From a virus, in IMG/VR virus record IMGVR_UViG_3300045993_000425, positions 102,844 to 166,843 of that record: a DNA stretch of 64,000 bases; one strand, given 5' to 3'. Both the position numbers and the translations under genes were made by a program. Position 1 is the first letter of the stretch; the number at the start of each line of letters is the position of its first letter. This document shows, in pieces, positions 55,551 to 64,000 of this stretch. The notes beneath the pieces are model-generated. The model saw only the letters and a list, made by a program, of their open reading frames with translations. It was not told the origin of the DNA and ran no database searches.

Positions 55551-58500
55551 TCTCTTCAGCCTCTGCTGCCATGACCGCTTCGATACGACGACCCAGCCAT
55601 CTGATCACGGGAACAGCCATGCTGTTGCCCAAGGCCTTGTAGCGGGGACCATCGGCTTTCTTTCCGAAGGGAAGCAACGTATAGGAATCTGGAAATCCCT
55701 GAAGCCTCTCACACTCCTTAGGGGTCAGACGACGAACGGCAGCACCTACCCGAGTACCTGGAGCGTTCTCAACTTCTGTTGGAGACACGATACGAACCCC
55801 TCGATCAGTCTTCTTCGCCTCCGCTACAGTCGTCAGCGAGGGAGCTACATCGATAGGTACGATCTGAAGCTCATTGCCTGATTTCGAAGCCGGGAACATG
55901 TCGAAGACCACTGAATTGGGTTGCCCCTGAGCCTTCAGAGTCTGGTGCGGGTCTTCCATGTCGAGATGAGCCACATTGCCTCCTGAGCCTTGGTTAACAC
56001 TAACTAGCTGACCGATGGGGTTGAACATCACAACAGCGGGAGGGTGAGCCCCAGAAGCAAGAGGGTGACACGGGTCACCAGGCTTGGGGCTGGAGCGATT
56101 GGCAGGATGCGTGAGCTGGGTAGTGTCGAAAGCCAGAAGCACAGCAACAGATGGAACGTGGTTTGTTGCGCTGATCGAGTGGCACGGCACTCCAGGCACA
56201 GGATTGGATCTGTTTTCCTTATCCGAGATGTGTCCAGTGTCGAACGGAATCACCGCATACACAGTGGGAGGAGTGCCTGTATCTAGGGGATGCACCACCG
56301 CATGACGGTCGACGCAGTTCAGGGTGTAGGTGGTGCCATCATCAAGCACCTCACCGTACTGAGGACCATTCTCAGGCTCTCGGCCGATGGCTGCACCCTT
56401 GATGCAGTAGGTAGGAACTACCACAGAAGGACCACAGCCTCCATTCGCATGAGACTGATCGTGGTTGCCAGCACGAAGAGTTGGTGACACCTCTCCCGCA
56501 TCGCCACCATCGCTTTTGCTGGAGAACGCAAGGACACACAATCCATCGGTCTGGAAACCGGGAGACGGAGTCTGAGAAGCACCCCGGCTCGACCTTGCCA
56601 TCAGGGGAGGGACGACAGTCTCTCCGAATACATTGCAAGCACCCGGCCCATCCGAAGAAAGGGCATCGCTGACCCTGGCATCAGGCTTGATCCCGATCTG
56701 GTTGCTGGTCTGGCTGTTGCGAAGTTGGCGAGGACTTATGAAGCCAGGAGACAGTGACGGAATCAAAGCACCGTTCTTGTTGATGTCCCCATTATCTGAG
56801 GCTCCGCACATCCCACCACCTGCGGTCAGGGATTCTGCGATGTCTGGAACAGCGGATGCCTTGGAGACGACAAAGGTGTCCTGAGCGTCCCTGCCGGTTC
56901 CGAACTGGTTTCCGCTGGGACCACCACTCAGGCAGTAAGCGGGGTTGGGGAATCCGACAGGCTGGAGTCCTCCTCCACACTCGAAGTCTGTTCCGAGCCC
57001 GCCACCAGCTGTAGAGCGTGAGCTAATTGTTTCGGTAATACTTTTCCCCGCTTCTCTGCGCGACGGAGGATCCCGAGGCACGCCTTCTTCGATAGGTAGT
57101 AGCGCGTCTCCACAGGCCCATCCTCCAGAACCTGCTCGAGAAAGCACAAAGACACGTCTGCGCCGCTGGGCCACTCCGAAGTACTGGGCATCAAGGACTC
57201 GCCACGCTGCCGTCCTTTTGGGTCCAGTGACCAGACCCGAACGGCTCCATTTGCCGTCTGGGACGATGGGCTCTTCTGCACCGACCAATCCCGCCAAGAA
57301 ACACCCGAATGCGTTGTCTTTGGAGGTGAGGACTCCTGGGACATTCTCCCAGAGGATCCAGGCTGGCTCTTGTCCTGCGTCAACTCTTCGGCGGTCGATG
57401 GCATCTGCGATCCTCACAAACTCAAGTGAAAGGTTTCCACGCTGGTCAGAAAGTCCCTTACGAAGTCCCGCCACCGAGAAGCTCTGGCAGTTGTGAACCA
57501 CGGCTCCGTTGAGGATGTAGGAGTGATCTTCCTCTACTTCGATATTATACACCGTCTGGGTAGTTCCAGAGGAAACAAAACCAGAAACACGCCGCAGTAG
57601 ATGTTGGTCGATCTGATACGACTTCCTAGAAACAGATGCGTGGTGAGCAGACATCGTCCAGTACGACTGCTGATTGACGGTTCGACCTTCGATGACAGTG
57701 GTTGGCTTTTTCTCGTTCCAAACAAGGCTTCCAACCCATCCAAGAGTCTGGACTAGGTCACGCATCCCGAAAGCCAGAGCAGGAGACACCGAATTAGCAA
57801 CCCAGTGAGTGTCTGATACCGTATGCCCATCCGTGGCCCGATAGCCAGACACCAACTCACCACGGTTCTTATCCGACAATACCCAGGAAGGAATCCTCTT
57901 CCCTTCTGAATACATCCCAAAGTTGGACTGAAGCCACTTCGCAAGCTCAGTGTCGCAGATTTGAATCTTGTGAACCGTTCTTTCCTGAGACACAGAGTAC
58001 CGAAGCTTTGGGAACGACCGCTTGAATACCTCTAGCTTGGCAGCAGACAGTCCCAACAGAACCATGCATCGTTCACCTTGCCAACGCACCCATCCATCAC
58101 CAAGATACCAACCAGCCATCTCCATAATCTTTGCCGATGTCAGGGCAGAGGTCGGAGACGTTACAGAGTGTTCATCACCGAACTTGGTTAGAGCAACCCA
58201 GCAGGCCCTATCGCTAGATGTGGTCTCCTGACCAACCAGCTCAGAAGCAGGAATCCAACGAGAATCAGAGATGGTCTCAATCCTTGCGTACTTGCCGTTG
58301 CGGCGAGTGTTCTGTGAATTGACCACCCTAGACAGGTAAGGGTGATTCGGTGTGGTGACATGGTCTGGCTGACCAACCGCCGACAAGTTGCCCACAAGCT
58401 TCTCATCTATGCCGACCCGAACCACTCGTCGCAGTCTACCGAGAGATGTCACAACCAAGTCACCAGACTTCACTTCCTCAATTGGAAGGTATCCATCGCT

Positions 58501-58752
58501 AGTCAGAACCAGATGACCAGCAGTGAAGCACGGTGTCCCTCCTACGAAAACATCTGGTGCCTCGATTTCACCGGCATCCAGCTTGGCAACAAGGGTCGTC
58601 ATGTCTCCAAGGTTTGGCACCTGTGGGTAGTGGTGAGCTAGAACCTGACTCGGGAACTTCTCGATCTCCGAGAACCACACCGGCTGCCACCCAAGGGGCT
58701 CCCAAGCAGCACTAGGAGCCTCAATGCCGCTACATACCGACCCGTACTTCAT
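55537..58752 (-). CDS. DNA (cytosine-5) methyltransferase with an intein and an expanded variable region
   Basis: SVCSGIE (I), GGTP|intein|CQSFS (IV), ENV (VI), QRRRR (VIII), RRLTP.EC.RLQGFP (IX), GNS (X). Confidence 0.95.
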   Translation of the reverse strand: MKYGSVCSGIEAPSAAWEPLGWQPVWFSEIEKFPSQVLAHHYPQVPNLGDMTTLVAKLDAGEIEAPDVFVGGTPCFTAGHLVLTSDGYLPIEEVKSGDLVVTSLGRLRRVVRVGIDEKLVGNLSAVGQPDHVTTPNHPYLSRVVNSQNTRRNGKYARIETISDSRWIPASELVGQETTSSDRACWVALTKFGDEHSVTSPTSALTSAKIMEMAGWYLGDGWVRWQGERCMVLLGLSAAKLEVFKRSFPKLRYSVSQERTVHKIQICDTELAKWLQSNFGMYSEGKRIPSWVLSDKNRGELVSGYRATDGHTVSDTHWVANSVSPALAFGMRDLVQTLGWVGSLVWNEKKPTTVIEGRTVNQQSYWTMSAHHASVSRKSYQIDQHLLRRVSGFVSSGTTQTVYNIEVEEDHSYILNGAVVHNCQSFSVAGLRKGLSDQRGNLSLEFVRIADAIDRRRVDAGQEPAWILWENVPGVLTSKDNAFGCFLAGLVGAEEPIVPDGKWSRSGLVTGPKRTAAWRVLDAQYFGVAQRRRRVFVLSRAGSGGWACGDALLPIEEGVPRDPPSRREAGKSITETISSRSTAGGGLGTDFECGGGLQPVGFPNPAYCLSGGPSGNQFGTGRDAQDTFVVSKASAVPDIAESLTAGGGMCGASDNGDINKNGALIPSLSPGFISPRQLRNSQTSNQIGIKPDARVSDALSSDGPGACNVFGETVVPPLMARSSRGASQTPSPGFQTDGLCVLAFSSKSDGGDAGEVSPTLRAGNHDQSHANGGCGPSVVVPTYCIKGAAIGREPENGPQYGEVLDDGTTYTLNCVDRHAVVHPLDTGTPPTVYAVIPFDTGHISDKENRSNPVPGVPCHSISATNHVPSVAVLLAFDTTQLTHPANRSSPKPGDPCHPLASGAHPPAVVMFNPIGQLVSVNQGSGGNVAHLDMEDPHQTLKAQGQPNSVVFDMFPASKSGNELQIVPIDVAPSLTTVAEAKKTDRGVRIVSPTEVENAPGTRVGAAVRRLTPKECERLQGFPDSYTLLPFGKKADGPRYKALGNSMAVPVIRWLGRRIEAVMAAEAEENDHS
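56928..57404 (-). CDS. out-of-frame nested ORF resembling the beta polypeptide of split C5 MTases (M.EcoHK31I-like); start uncertain
   Basis: RGESLM..TSEWPS....L..LEQVLE...YYLS.KAC.GILRRAEKRGK.LP..L..AL. Confidence 0.6.
   Translation of the reverse strand: MPSTAEELTQDKSQPGSSGRMSQESSPPKTTHSGVSWRDWSVQKSPSSQTANGAVRVWSLDPKGRQRGESLMPSTSEWPSGADVSLCFLEQVLEDGPVETRYYLSKKACLGILRRAEKRGKVLPKQLAHALQLVAGSEQTSSVEEDSSLSDSPTPLTA
57490..58530 (-). mobile_element. intein (347 aa) inserted at the MTase catalytic Pro-Cys
   Basis: TP|CFTAG...TTPNHP...GWYLGDG...GYRATDG...VHN|CQ. Confidence 0.95.
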
Positions 58753-59051
58753 GACTGCACCTCCACCATGACGACAGCGGTGGCAGGAACGAGAATCGCC
58801 TCTCGACCATCAGGGAGCAGGTGCTTGCTGGTTCCGTATGGAGCCTTGACATCTCGCCCAGGTACGAAGACCTTGTCGCCAGGACGAAGCCCATCGGGAC
58901 CGTGAACGAGGACTGTCAGACCGACTAGCCCCTGTAGGTTCTGGATCTGCATCAGACCACTAGAACGGACCTGAGTCACCGCTCCCGTGAAAGGAAACGG
59001 CTCCGTTGCGACGAGTCCGTTGGATGTCCTGAGTGTCCGAGATTCTGTCAT
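58749..59051 (-). CDS. divergent GroES-like co-chaperonin
   Basis: 100 aa; SGL mobile-loop segment, V.V.GP....PGDKVF, YGT, DG.E.ILV; GroEL nearby. Confidence 0.6.
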   Translation of the reverse strand: MTESRTLRTSNGLVATEPFPFTGAVTQVRSSGLMQIQNLQGLVGLTVLVHGPDGLRPGDKVFVPGRDVKAPYGTSKHLLPDGREAILVPATAVVMVEVQS

Positions 59052-60133
59052 GCCTCACTACTAGCAGAAAGATCGACATCTACTCCCCGCAGCCGGAGCA
59101 CCTTGACCTCAAGAACAGGAAGAGACGAGATCTCTCGCGTGAGGATGTCTGCCTCCTGCTTGTACTCTGTAGCTATGTCTGGACGATTCGCATCAACGTC
59201 AGCCCAGTTCTCGATGACTCTAGAGCACAGGTCGTCATCTTTCGTGTGTGTATTGCCAGTACTAGCCAGCAGACCTGTCTCTGTCGTGACGTTGCTAGCG
59301 GACAGGATGTGGAGCATGTCCTCCTGCGTCGTCAGCTTGTCTCCAACCTCCGTCTCCATCTCATTGAGTGAGCGATGAACTGAACCGTAGTCGACGGGGG
59401 CATCCTTGGGCTGCCTTCGCATCAGCTTCCGAACACGATAGAGGATCTTCCTATCGTTGGGGAAGAAGTGTACGAATGTCGCGCTGTTATCGTCGATGAA
59501 GTTGCCCAGCATTCGACCAATGACGACAGCCCTGAAGGTCTTCTTGTAGGGGCCAACGTACTTGTCCACTGCCTCACTTAGGCCTACTGCGGCGATTTGG
59601 TTGAAATCCATCAGGTCCAGGTGCGACTTCTTGTTGCGTCCCCAGAAGATCCTCGCTTGGCTGATCGCTAGGGGTAGGTTGCACTGGATGAGTTGGTGTC
59701 GCAGCTCTCGGATCTTCTCGACCACCCCAAGCATCCGCCTCCCATTGCGCTCAGACTCCCAGCCACCTTGGCGAAGGATGAACTCGATGAAGGTCCAGTT
59801 GAAGTTGAAGCGAGTCAGGGCAATGGGGTCCTTATTCCGCAGAGCCACAGAGATATGAGCCTTGAATGTGACATCTCGCTCTCTGAAGTAAGGCCTAGCA
59901 GTCAGGATGTTTTTGCACTGGTCCACGAAAGCCTGGTAGACAGAAGCACCTCGAGTGTGTCGGACGAGGAGCCGCCTGAGCTCTGTCTCAAGGGTGACTA
60001 GGTGATTGACCTGCCACTCCTGAAGACTGTCTGTATTCTCCCCGTACTCAGCCAGGATGGGCTCCAGCTGCTGGAGGTAGCGGATGTACTGCTCATCGAG
60101 ATGGTACTGCTCAAAGCGATTGTCTGGTCGCAT
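59048..60133 (-). CDS. phage sigma70-family sigma factor (start revised to MRPDNR)
   Basis: Region 2 LIQCNLPLAISQA...DFNQ....GL.EAVDKY...F; truncated region 4 (LPVLEVKVLRLRG). Confidence 0.85.
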   Translation of the reverse strand: MRPDNRFEQYHLDEQYIRYLQQLEPILAEYGENTDSLQEWQVNHLVTLETELRRLLVRHTRGASVYQAFVDQCKNILTARPYFRERDVTFKAHISVALRNKDPIALTRFNFNWTFIEFILRQGGWESERNGRRMLGVVEKIRELRHQLIQCNLPLAISQARIFWGRNKKSHLDLMDFNQIAAVGLSEAVDKYVGPYKKTFRAVVIGRMLGNFIDDNSATFVHFFPNDRKILYRVRKLMRRQPKDAPVDYGSVHRSLNEMETEVGDKLTTQEDMLHILSASNVTTETGLLASTGNTHTKDDDLCSRVIENWADVDANRPDIATEYKQEADILTREISSLPVLEVKVLRLRGVDVDLSASSEA

Positions 60134-60178
60134 TCGTCTAGTCCTTTCGTACAGCCCCAAAAACAGCCCCGAGGCTAG

Positions 60179-60241
60179 ATATGAGCGATTTCTGGCTTGG
60201 GTTCACACCAACCAGCCAACAAGCATCAACATCGCTCATAT
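60179..60241 (-). promoter_or_regulatory. stem-loop between the helicase and sigma genes
   Basis: Perfect 11-bp inverted repeat ATATGAGCGAT/ATCGCTCATAT with an inner stem. Confidence 0.55.
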
Positions 60242-60286
60242 TCGACGACAGAGCCCTTTTCAGGGGTACTGTACTTTTGATAGTTT

Positions 60287-61858
60287 TCATCCGTCTACCC
60301 ACTGCACAGAAGGGTAGATTGAGGCATAGATCTCTGCCCTGGCTACTGCGTGCCGGTAGACAGGGGACTTTCTGTCTCCAGTACCCGCATCATCGAAACG
60401 GCTAGTACTCAGGATAGGAGCGAAGTCAATGAAGTTGCAGGTTAGTTTCTGGGATCCAGACTTGGTCGGAACTCCAACTCCTCTGGGACCACCTCGAGTG
60501 CCTCGACCCACAGCTTGAGACACCTGAATCTCAGACTTGCCACCCTGGAGATAGATAATCGTCTCAGCAGCCCTGACATCTGTCCCAGTTCCAATGCAGC
60601 TGGTCCCAACGAGGATAGGGAACTCCCTTGAGTTGAATTGGTCTACCAGGGCTGTCGGGTTGCTACGCTGGTACTCAGCGGGTAGCTTCTGTTTCGCTGT
60701 TTGAGTCCCGTCCTGCCCATGAGCGAAGCGACAGGGATACTTCAAGCGAGAGTGAATCAGAGGGAATTGCTCAAGTTCATCAACCAGAACGACTACTTGG
60801 TGCCCTAGCAGCTTGACAGACATATTCGCTAGCTGGCAAGCCTTGTCTAGGATATTCTTGTTGTAAAGCAGGTGCTTCTGAGTCATCCGGTTGACATCCT
60901 GGTGATCGAAGTCAATGCCTGAGGGAATCCTGACCATCCTGAAATTAGGTCTAGCTAGCCATCCCTCATCGACTCCCTGCTCGACTGTCTTCTCGTAGAC
61001 AACGGGACCTGTGATCCCCTTGAGCAGCATCTCAGAGCCATCTCCTCGCATGTGAGTAGCTGTGAAGAAAAAGCGATAGGGAGCTTTGGCTAGTAATCCA
61101 GTGCAGACTGATTCCACGGTAGCAGCGGGAGTTAGGTGACATTCGTCTGCGATGAACACCTGGCTTTCAGAAAACCACTTCCAAGCTTCTGAGCCGCGTA
61201 AGACTTTAGTCAGAGAAGCAGCGATCCCGATAGTGATCTGCTTTAGCTGCTTTTTGCTGTCGCCATACATCCCAACGAGCCTATAGCCGAGATGGTGCTG
61301 AAACTCCCTGAGCAACTGACTAGCGATTGAGCGACTTGGAGCCATGACTACAGCCCTTAGGCCTAAATCGTGACACAGCTCTAGGATGACTCGACTCTTG
61401 CCTAGTCCTGTACCTACGCTGACAGCAGCGTGCTTTGCTTGTAGCAGGGCTTCTTTCATCTCCTGCTGGAAAGGGCGAGAGGGGTGCTTTGGCTTCTGTG
61501 ACCAAGCTAGTTGCTTTGCTTCAGGGTAGCTTACCTGCCTGACGACAGGGAGATGTCCTAGAACTACCGATAATTCCTCTGCAATTCCAGAGTAGGTTGA
61601 GGGATCTTCGTAGTCGTTCTCGGTGAGGAGTACTTTCTTGCTTTGGGATTTCAGCTGGGCGAGGTGTTCTGACCAGCCATCAGCGTCTCTGAGTTTCCAG
61701 TTGAGTCTTCGCTTGTGAGTCTGGATCTGAAAGTCGATTGAGCGGTCGTGGTAGGTGAGATAGCTTCTTGCCATGTCGAGTTGAGCTGGAGACAAGCCAG
61801 ACAAGCTGACGACAGCGGGCTGTTGGATTCTCAAGCTTGGCTGAAGTTCCTGGTTCAT
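60287..61858 (-). CDS. superfamily 2 DNA helicase (UvsW-like)
   Basis: TGLGKS, DECH, TAT, GTGTD, QAVGRGTR. Confidence 0.92.
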   Translation of the reverse strand: MNQELQPSLRIQQPAVVSLSGLSPAQLDMARSYLTYHDRSIDFQIQTHKRRLNWKLRDADGWSEHLAQLKSQSKKVLLTENDYEDPSTYSGIAEELSVVLGHLPVVRQVSYPEAKQLAWSQKPKHPSRPFQQEMKEALLQAKHAAVSVGTGLGKSRVILELCHDLGLRAVVMAPSRSIASQLLREFQHHLGYRLVGMYGDSKKQLKQITIGIAASLTKVLRGSEAWKWFSESQVFIADECHLTPAATVESVCTGLLAKAPYRFFFTATHMRGDGSEMLLKGITGPVVYEKTVEQGVDEGWLARPNFRMVRIPSGIDFDHQDVNRMTQKHLLYNKNILDKACQLANMSVKLLGHQVVVLVDELEQFPLIHSRLKYPCRFAHGQDGTQTAKQKLPAEYQRSNPTALVDQFNSREFPILVGTSCIGTGTDVRAAETIIYLQGGKSEIQVSQAVGRGTRGGPRGVGVPTKSGSQKLTCNFIDFAPILSTSRFDDAGTGDRKSPVYRHAVARAEIYASIYPSVQWVDG

Positions 61859-61892
61859 CGAGTCTCCTGTTGACTAGTAGCAGAACTTGGTT

Positions 61893-62035
61893 CCCCCACA
61901 CCCCCTCCAAAACTTGGCATGACTCTTGCGCTTTATAAAGCAAGATCTCTTGTAGTATTAGATCTTAGATCTAAGTAGTAGATCTAGATCTAGTATAATA
62001 CTTATATTAGTAGTTATGTAGGGGGGGTGTGGGGG
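61893..62035. other. putative replication origin
   Basis: AT-rich core with five AGATCT copies, flanked by a 13-bp inverted repeat, at a strand switch. Confidence 0.55.
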
Positions 62036-62384
62036 GGGGATTTTCAGCCGGTTTCCTGAAAAACTCCCACGTTTTCGGCGGCGGTTTTGATAGTTTCTCC
62101 GCCGCAGATCTGTCTCTCGCTTCCGAATATCAGCCCGAGCTTCTCAATTCTCACAGATAAAGACGTTGGCCTGATAGGGTTTACACTAGCTTTTGGGCTT
62201 TTGGCGACTTGGAATCTAAGGCCAAGGTCATGTGGGATACATAGGGATTAACCCCATCAAGCAAAGAACTTGATTGATATTCGTACATCTTCACAGAGAA
62301 CCAGGCTGAAAACATGGTGTTCGATTCACCGGCACATCGGTGCGCTAAAGAGGCCTCAAGGAGCCTTTGTGCTACTCGTCAAGT

Positions 62385-62999
62385 ATGCCCCTGTCCACGC
62401 GAGAAGTACTGAACATGTTCTCCACTCCCCCGGAGCTTGTTCCGCCCCCAGCTCCCAAGCCGTCTGGTCGCCCTGTAGGTGACTTCGCTGCCAAGGTCGA
62501 GCACCTGCACTACGTCCTCGACCAGAACAGCATGCATGACATCGTGAAGATCTCTGACAACGAACTCGCTAGAGACCTGGGGTGTTCACTTACCTCGATC
62601 AACGTCTACCTTCGTGCTCTGCAACGAGCCGAGCCTCCTCGAATCTCTATTCGCGGCAGAGGCAAGAAGAGAGTCATCACCGTTCTTCGCCAGTCTTCCG
62701 TAACCAGGCATGTCCAGCTTGGTGAGGGTCCAGTTCTGTATTCCTATTCCGCTGACAGGGTGGGAGGTCCCAGGCACGGTGGCAAGGTGGCAAGCCTCAA
62801 TCGCCTGATGGAACTCCTAGAGGCAGAAGGCTGCGCGACCAAACCCACTGTACTTACGAACAAGTACCTAGCTGAACGTCTCAATTTCCAGATCGGCTGG
62901 CTGGACTCCTTGCTCCGAGAACTCAAGAGCGGTCCCAGCCCTCGTATCGTGATTCAGCCTGGTGGGAGCCTCACCCGCACTATCTCCATCGTTTCCTAA
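62385..62999 (+). CDS. tandem winged-HTH DNA-binding protein (start revised to MPLSTR)
   Basis: Two repeats: ELARDLGCS..SIN.YLRAL...PRISI and YLAERLNF....LD.LLREL...PRIVI. Confidence 0.7.
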   Translation: MPLSTREVLNMFSTPPELVPPPAPKPSGRPVGDFAAKVEHLHYVLDQNSMHDIVKISDNELARDLGCSLTSINVYLRALQRAEPPRISIRGRGKKRVITVLRQSSVTRHVQLGEGPVLYSYSADRVGGPRHGGKVASLNRLMELLEAEGCATKPTVLTNKYLAERLNFQIGWLDSLLRELKSGPSPRIVIQPGGSLTRTISIVS

Positions 63000-63007
63000 G
63001 GAACACC

Positions 63008-64000
63008 ATGACAGCGTACCAGAAAATCAAGACTCCCTCCAAGTCCATCCATGTTCGCTCTGATGCCCTTAGGGCTAAGATTCTGGACACTGTGGACAAG
63101 ATCTCCGCTATCGTCGGCTCTACTCTGGGTCCAGGTGGGGCAGCCGTCCTGATCGAGCGTCAAGACTTCGGGCTGCCTCCGATGGTGACCAAGGACGGTG
63201 TGACTGTATTCCAATCCTTGGGTTTCGATGACCCAGTTGCTCATGCCATCATGGAGTCCGCTAGAGACGCAGCCGTCAAGACTGTCGGGGAGGCTGGAGA
63301 TGGCACCACTACCGCTACCGTTCTAGCTGCTGCCCTAGTTCGCTACGCTCAGGACTTCCAGCAGGCGAACCCAGAGCTGCCTCCACAGCGAATCGTGGAA
63401 CGTCTGCGAGATACGTTTGAGACTGTCCTCCTGCCTGTCATCGAGAAGATGGCTCGCCATGTCAATGTCGGCACAGACGATGGTCGTAGGACTCTTACTT
63501 CTGTCGCTAGCGTAAGTGCCAATGGTGACACCCGCCTAGCCGATGCCGTCATGCAGTGTTTTGACCTCGTCGGTGACAAGGGCACCGTCACCATCTCCGA
63601 GAGGTCTGGACCTCCAGGCTACGAAGTCGAGAAGATCGAGGGCTACCCTGTACCTGTTGGCTATGAGGATAGCTGCGCTAAGTTCATGAACATCTTCATG
63701 AATGACCCAGCATCGGGTCGGGCTCATCTCAGCAAGCCGTACTTCATCCTGTACAATGGGGTCTGTGCCGATGTTCAGGTGGTTTACGGGCTCCTAGACC
63801 GCATGCAGGGAGCCTGGATGAACAGGCCAGGGGCTCCAGAGCATGACGACAGCCGCCCTTTCCTTACCAGTCCCAACATCGTCCTGGTGGCTTGCGGCTT
63901 CTCTGAGCAGGTGCTGGGGACACTCGCTCTGAACTTCCGAGAGGCATCCACCATCAACGTCCTGCCCCTCGTCGCACCTCGCTCGATCTTGCAAAATGGC
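63008..64000 (+). CDS. groEL: GroEL-like chaperonin (3' partial; not in the ORF track)
   Basis: MTAYQKIK...STLGPGG...VTKDGVTV...EAGDGTTTATVLA...SANGD. Confidence 0.95.
   Translation, partial: MTAYQKIKTPSKSIHVRSDALRAKILDTVDKISAIVGSTLGPGGAAVLIERQDFGLPPMVTKDGVTVFQSLGFDDPVAHAIMESARDAAVKTVGEAGDGTTTATVLAAALVRYAQDFQQANPELPPQRIVERLRDTFETVLLPVIEKMARHVNVGTDDGRRTLTSVASVSANGDTRLADAVMQCFDLVGDKGTVTISERSGPPGYEVEKIEGYPVPVGYEDSCAKFMNIFMNDPASGRAHLSKPYFILYNGVCADVQVVYGLLDRMQGAWMNRPGAPEHDDSRPFLTSPNIVLVACGFSEQVLGTLALNFREASTINVLPLVAPRSILQNG

Noticed and set aside
62996-63994. Minus-strand ORFs at the right edge
   Set aside because: Antisense to the groEL reading frame, which runs off the window
1-64000. tRNA/rRNA genes, CRISPR arrays, integrase and stop-codon recoding
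   Set aside because: None recognisable by eye; genes are long and tightly packed in the standard code with TAG used as a stop. tRNAscan-SE or Infernal would be needed to exclude small RNAs.

Overview
A 64 kb slice of a large tailed-phage genome, GC-rich by eye and read in the standard genetic code. The head module is SPO1/Herelleviridae-like; I cannot determine the host. The minus strand carries the late/head cluster: terminase, a portal with two inteins, a MuF-like gene broken by an apparent split intein, a prohead protease fusion, a GGDEF protein, scaffold, major capsid and neck genes. It also carries a replication/transcription block (SF2 helicase, sigma factor, GroES-like protein, intein-bearing C5 methyltransferase, SbcD-like nuclease). 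A likely origin and a partial GroEL lie at the right end. Two plus-strand islands of small early genes (1-5.7 kb and 37.9-44.1 kb) are driven by a repeated TTGACN-N17-TAGTAT promoter. The main finding is four giant late polyproteins (5.7-25.6 kb) plus the protease and MuF fusions. They string together more than 20 enzyme or effector modules: two ADP-ribosyltransferase-like, six GNAT, two kinase, Nudix, ParB-like, peptidases, a radical SAM enzyme, a glycosylase-like domain and a HicA-like domain. Nearly every domain boundary carries the same (L/V/I/M)-x-K|(A/S/G/M/T/N) motif seen at the capsid, scaffold and portal maturation sites. I infer a capsid-packaged effector payload released by the prohead protease. 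All assignments come from motif recognition by eye; no database searches were run, and sub-domain coordinates are approximate.
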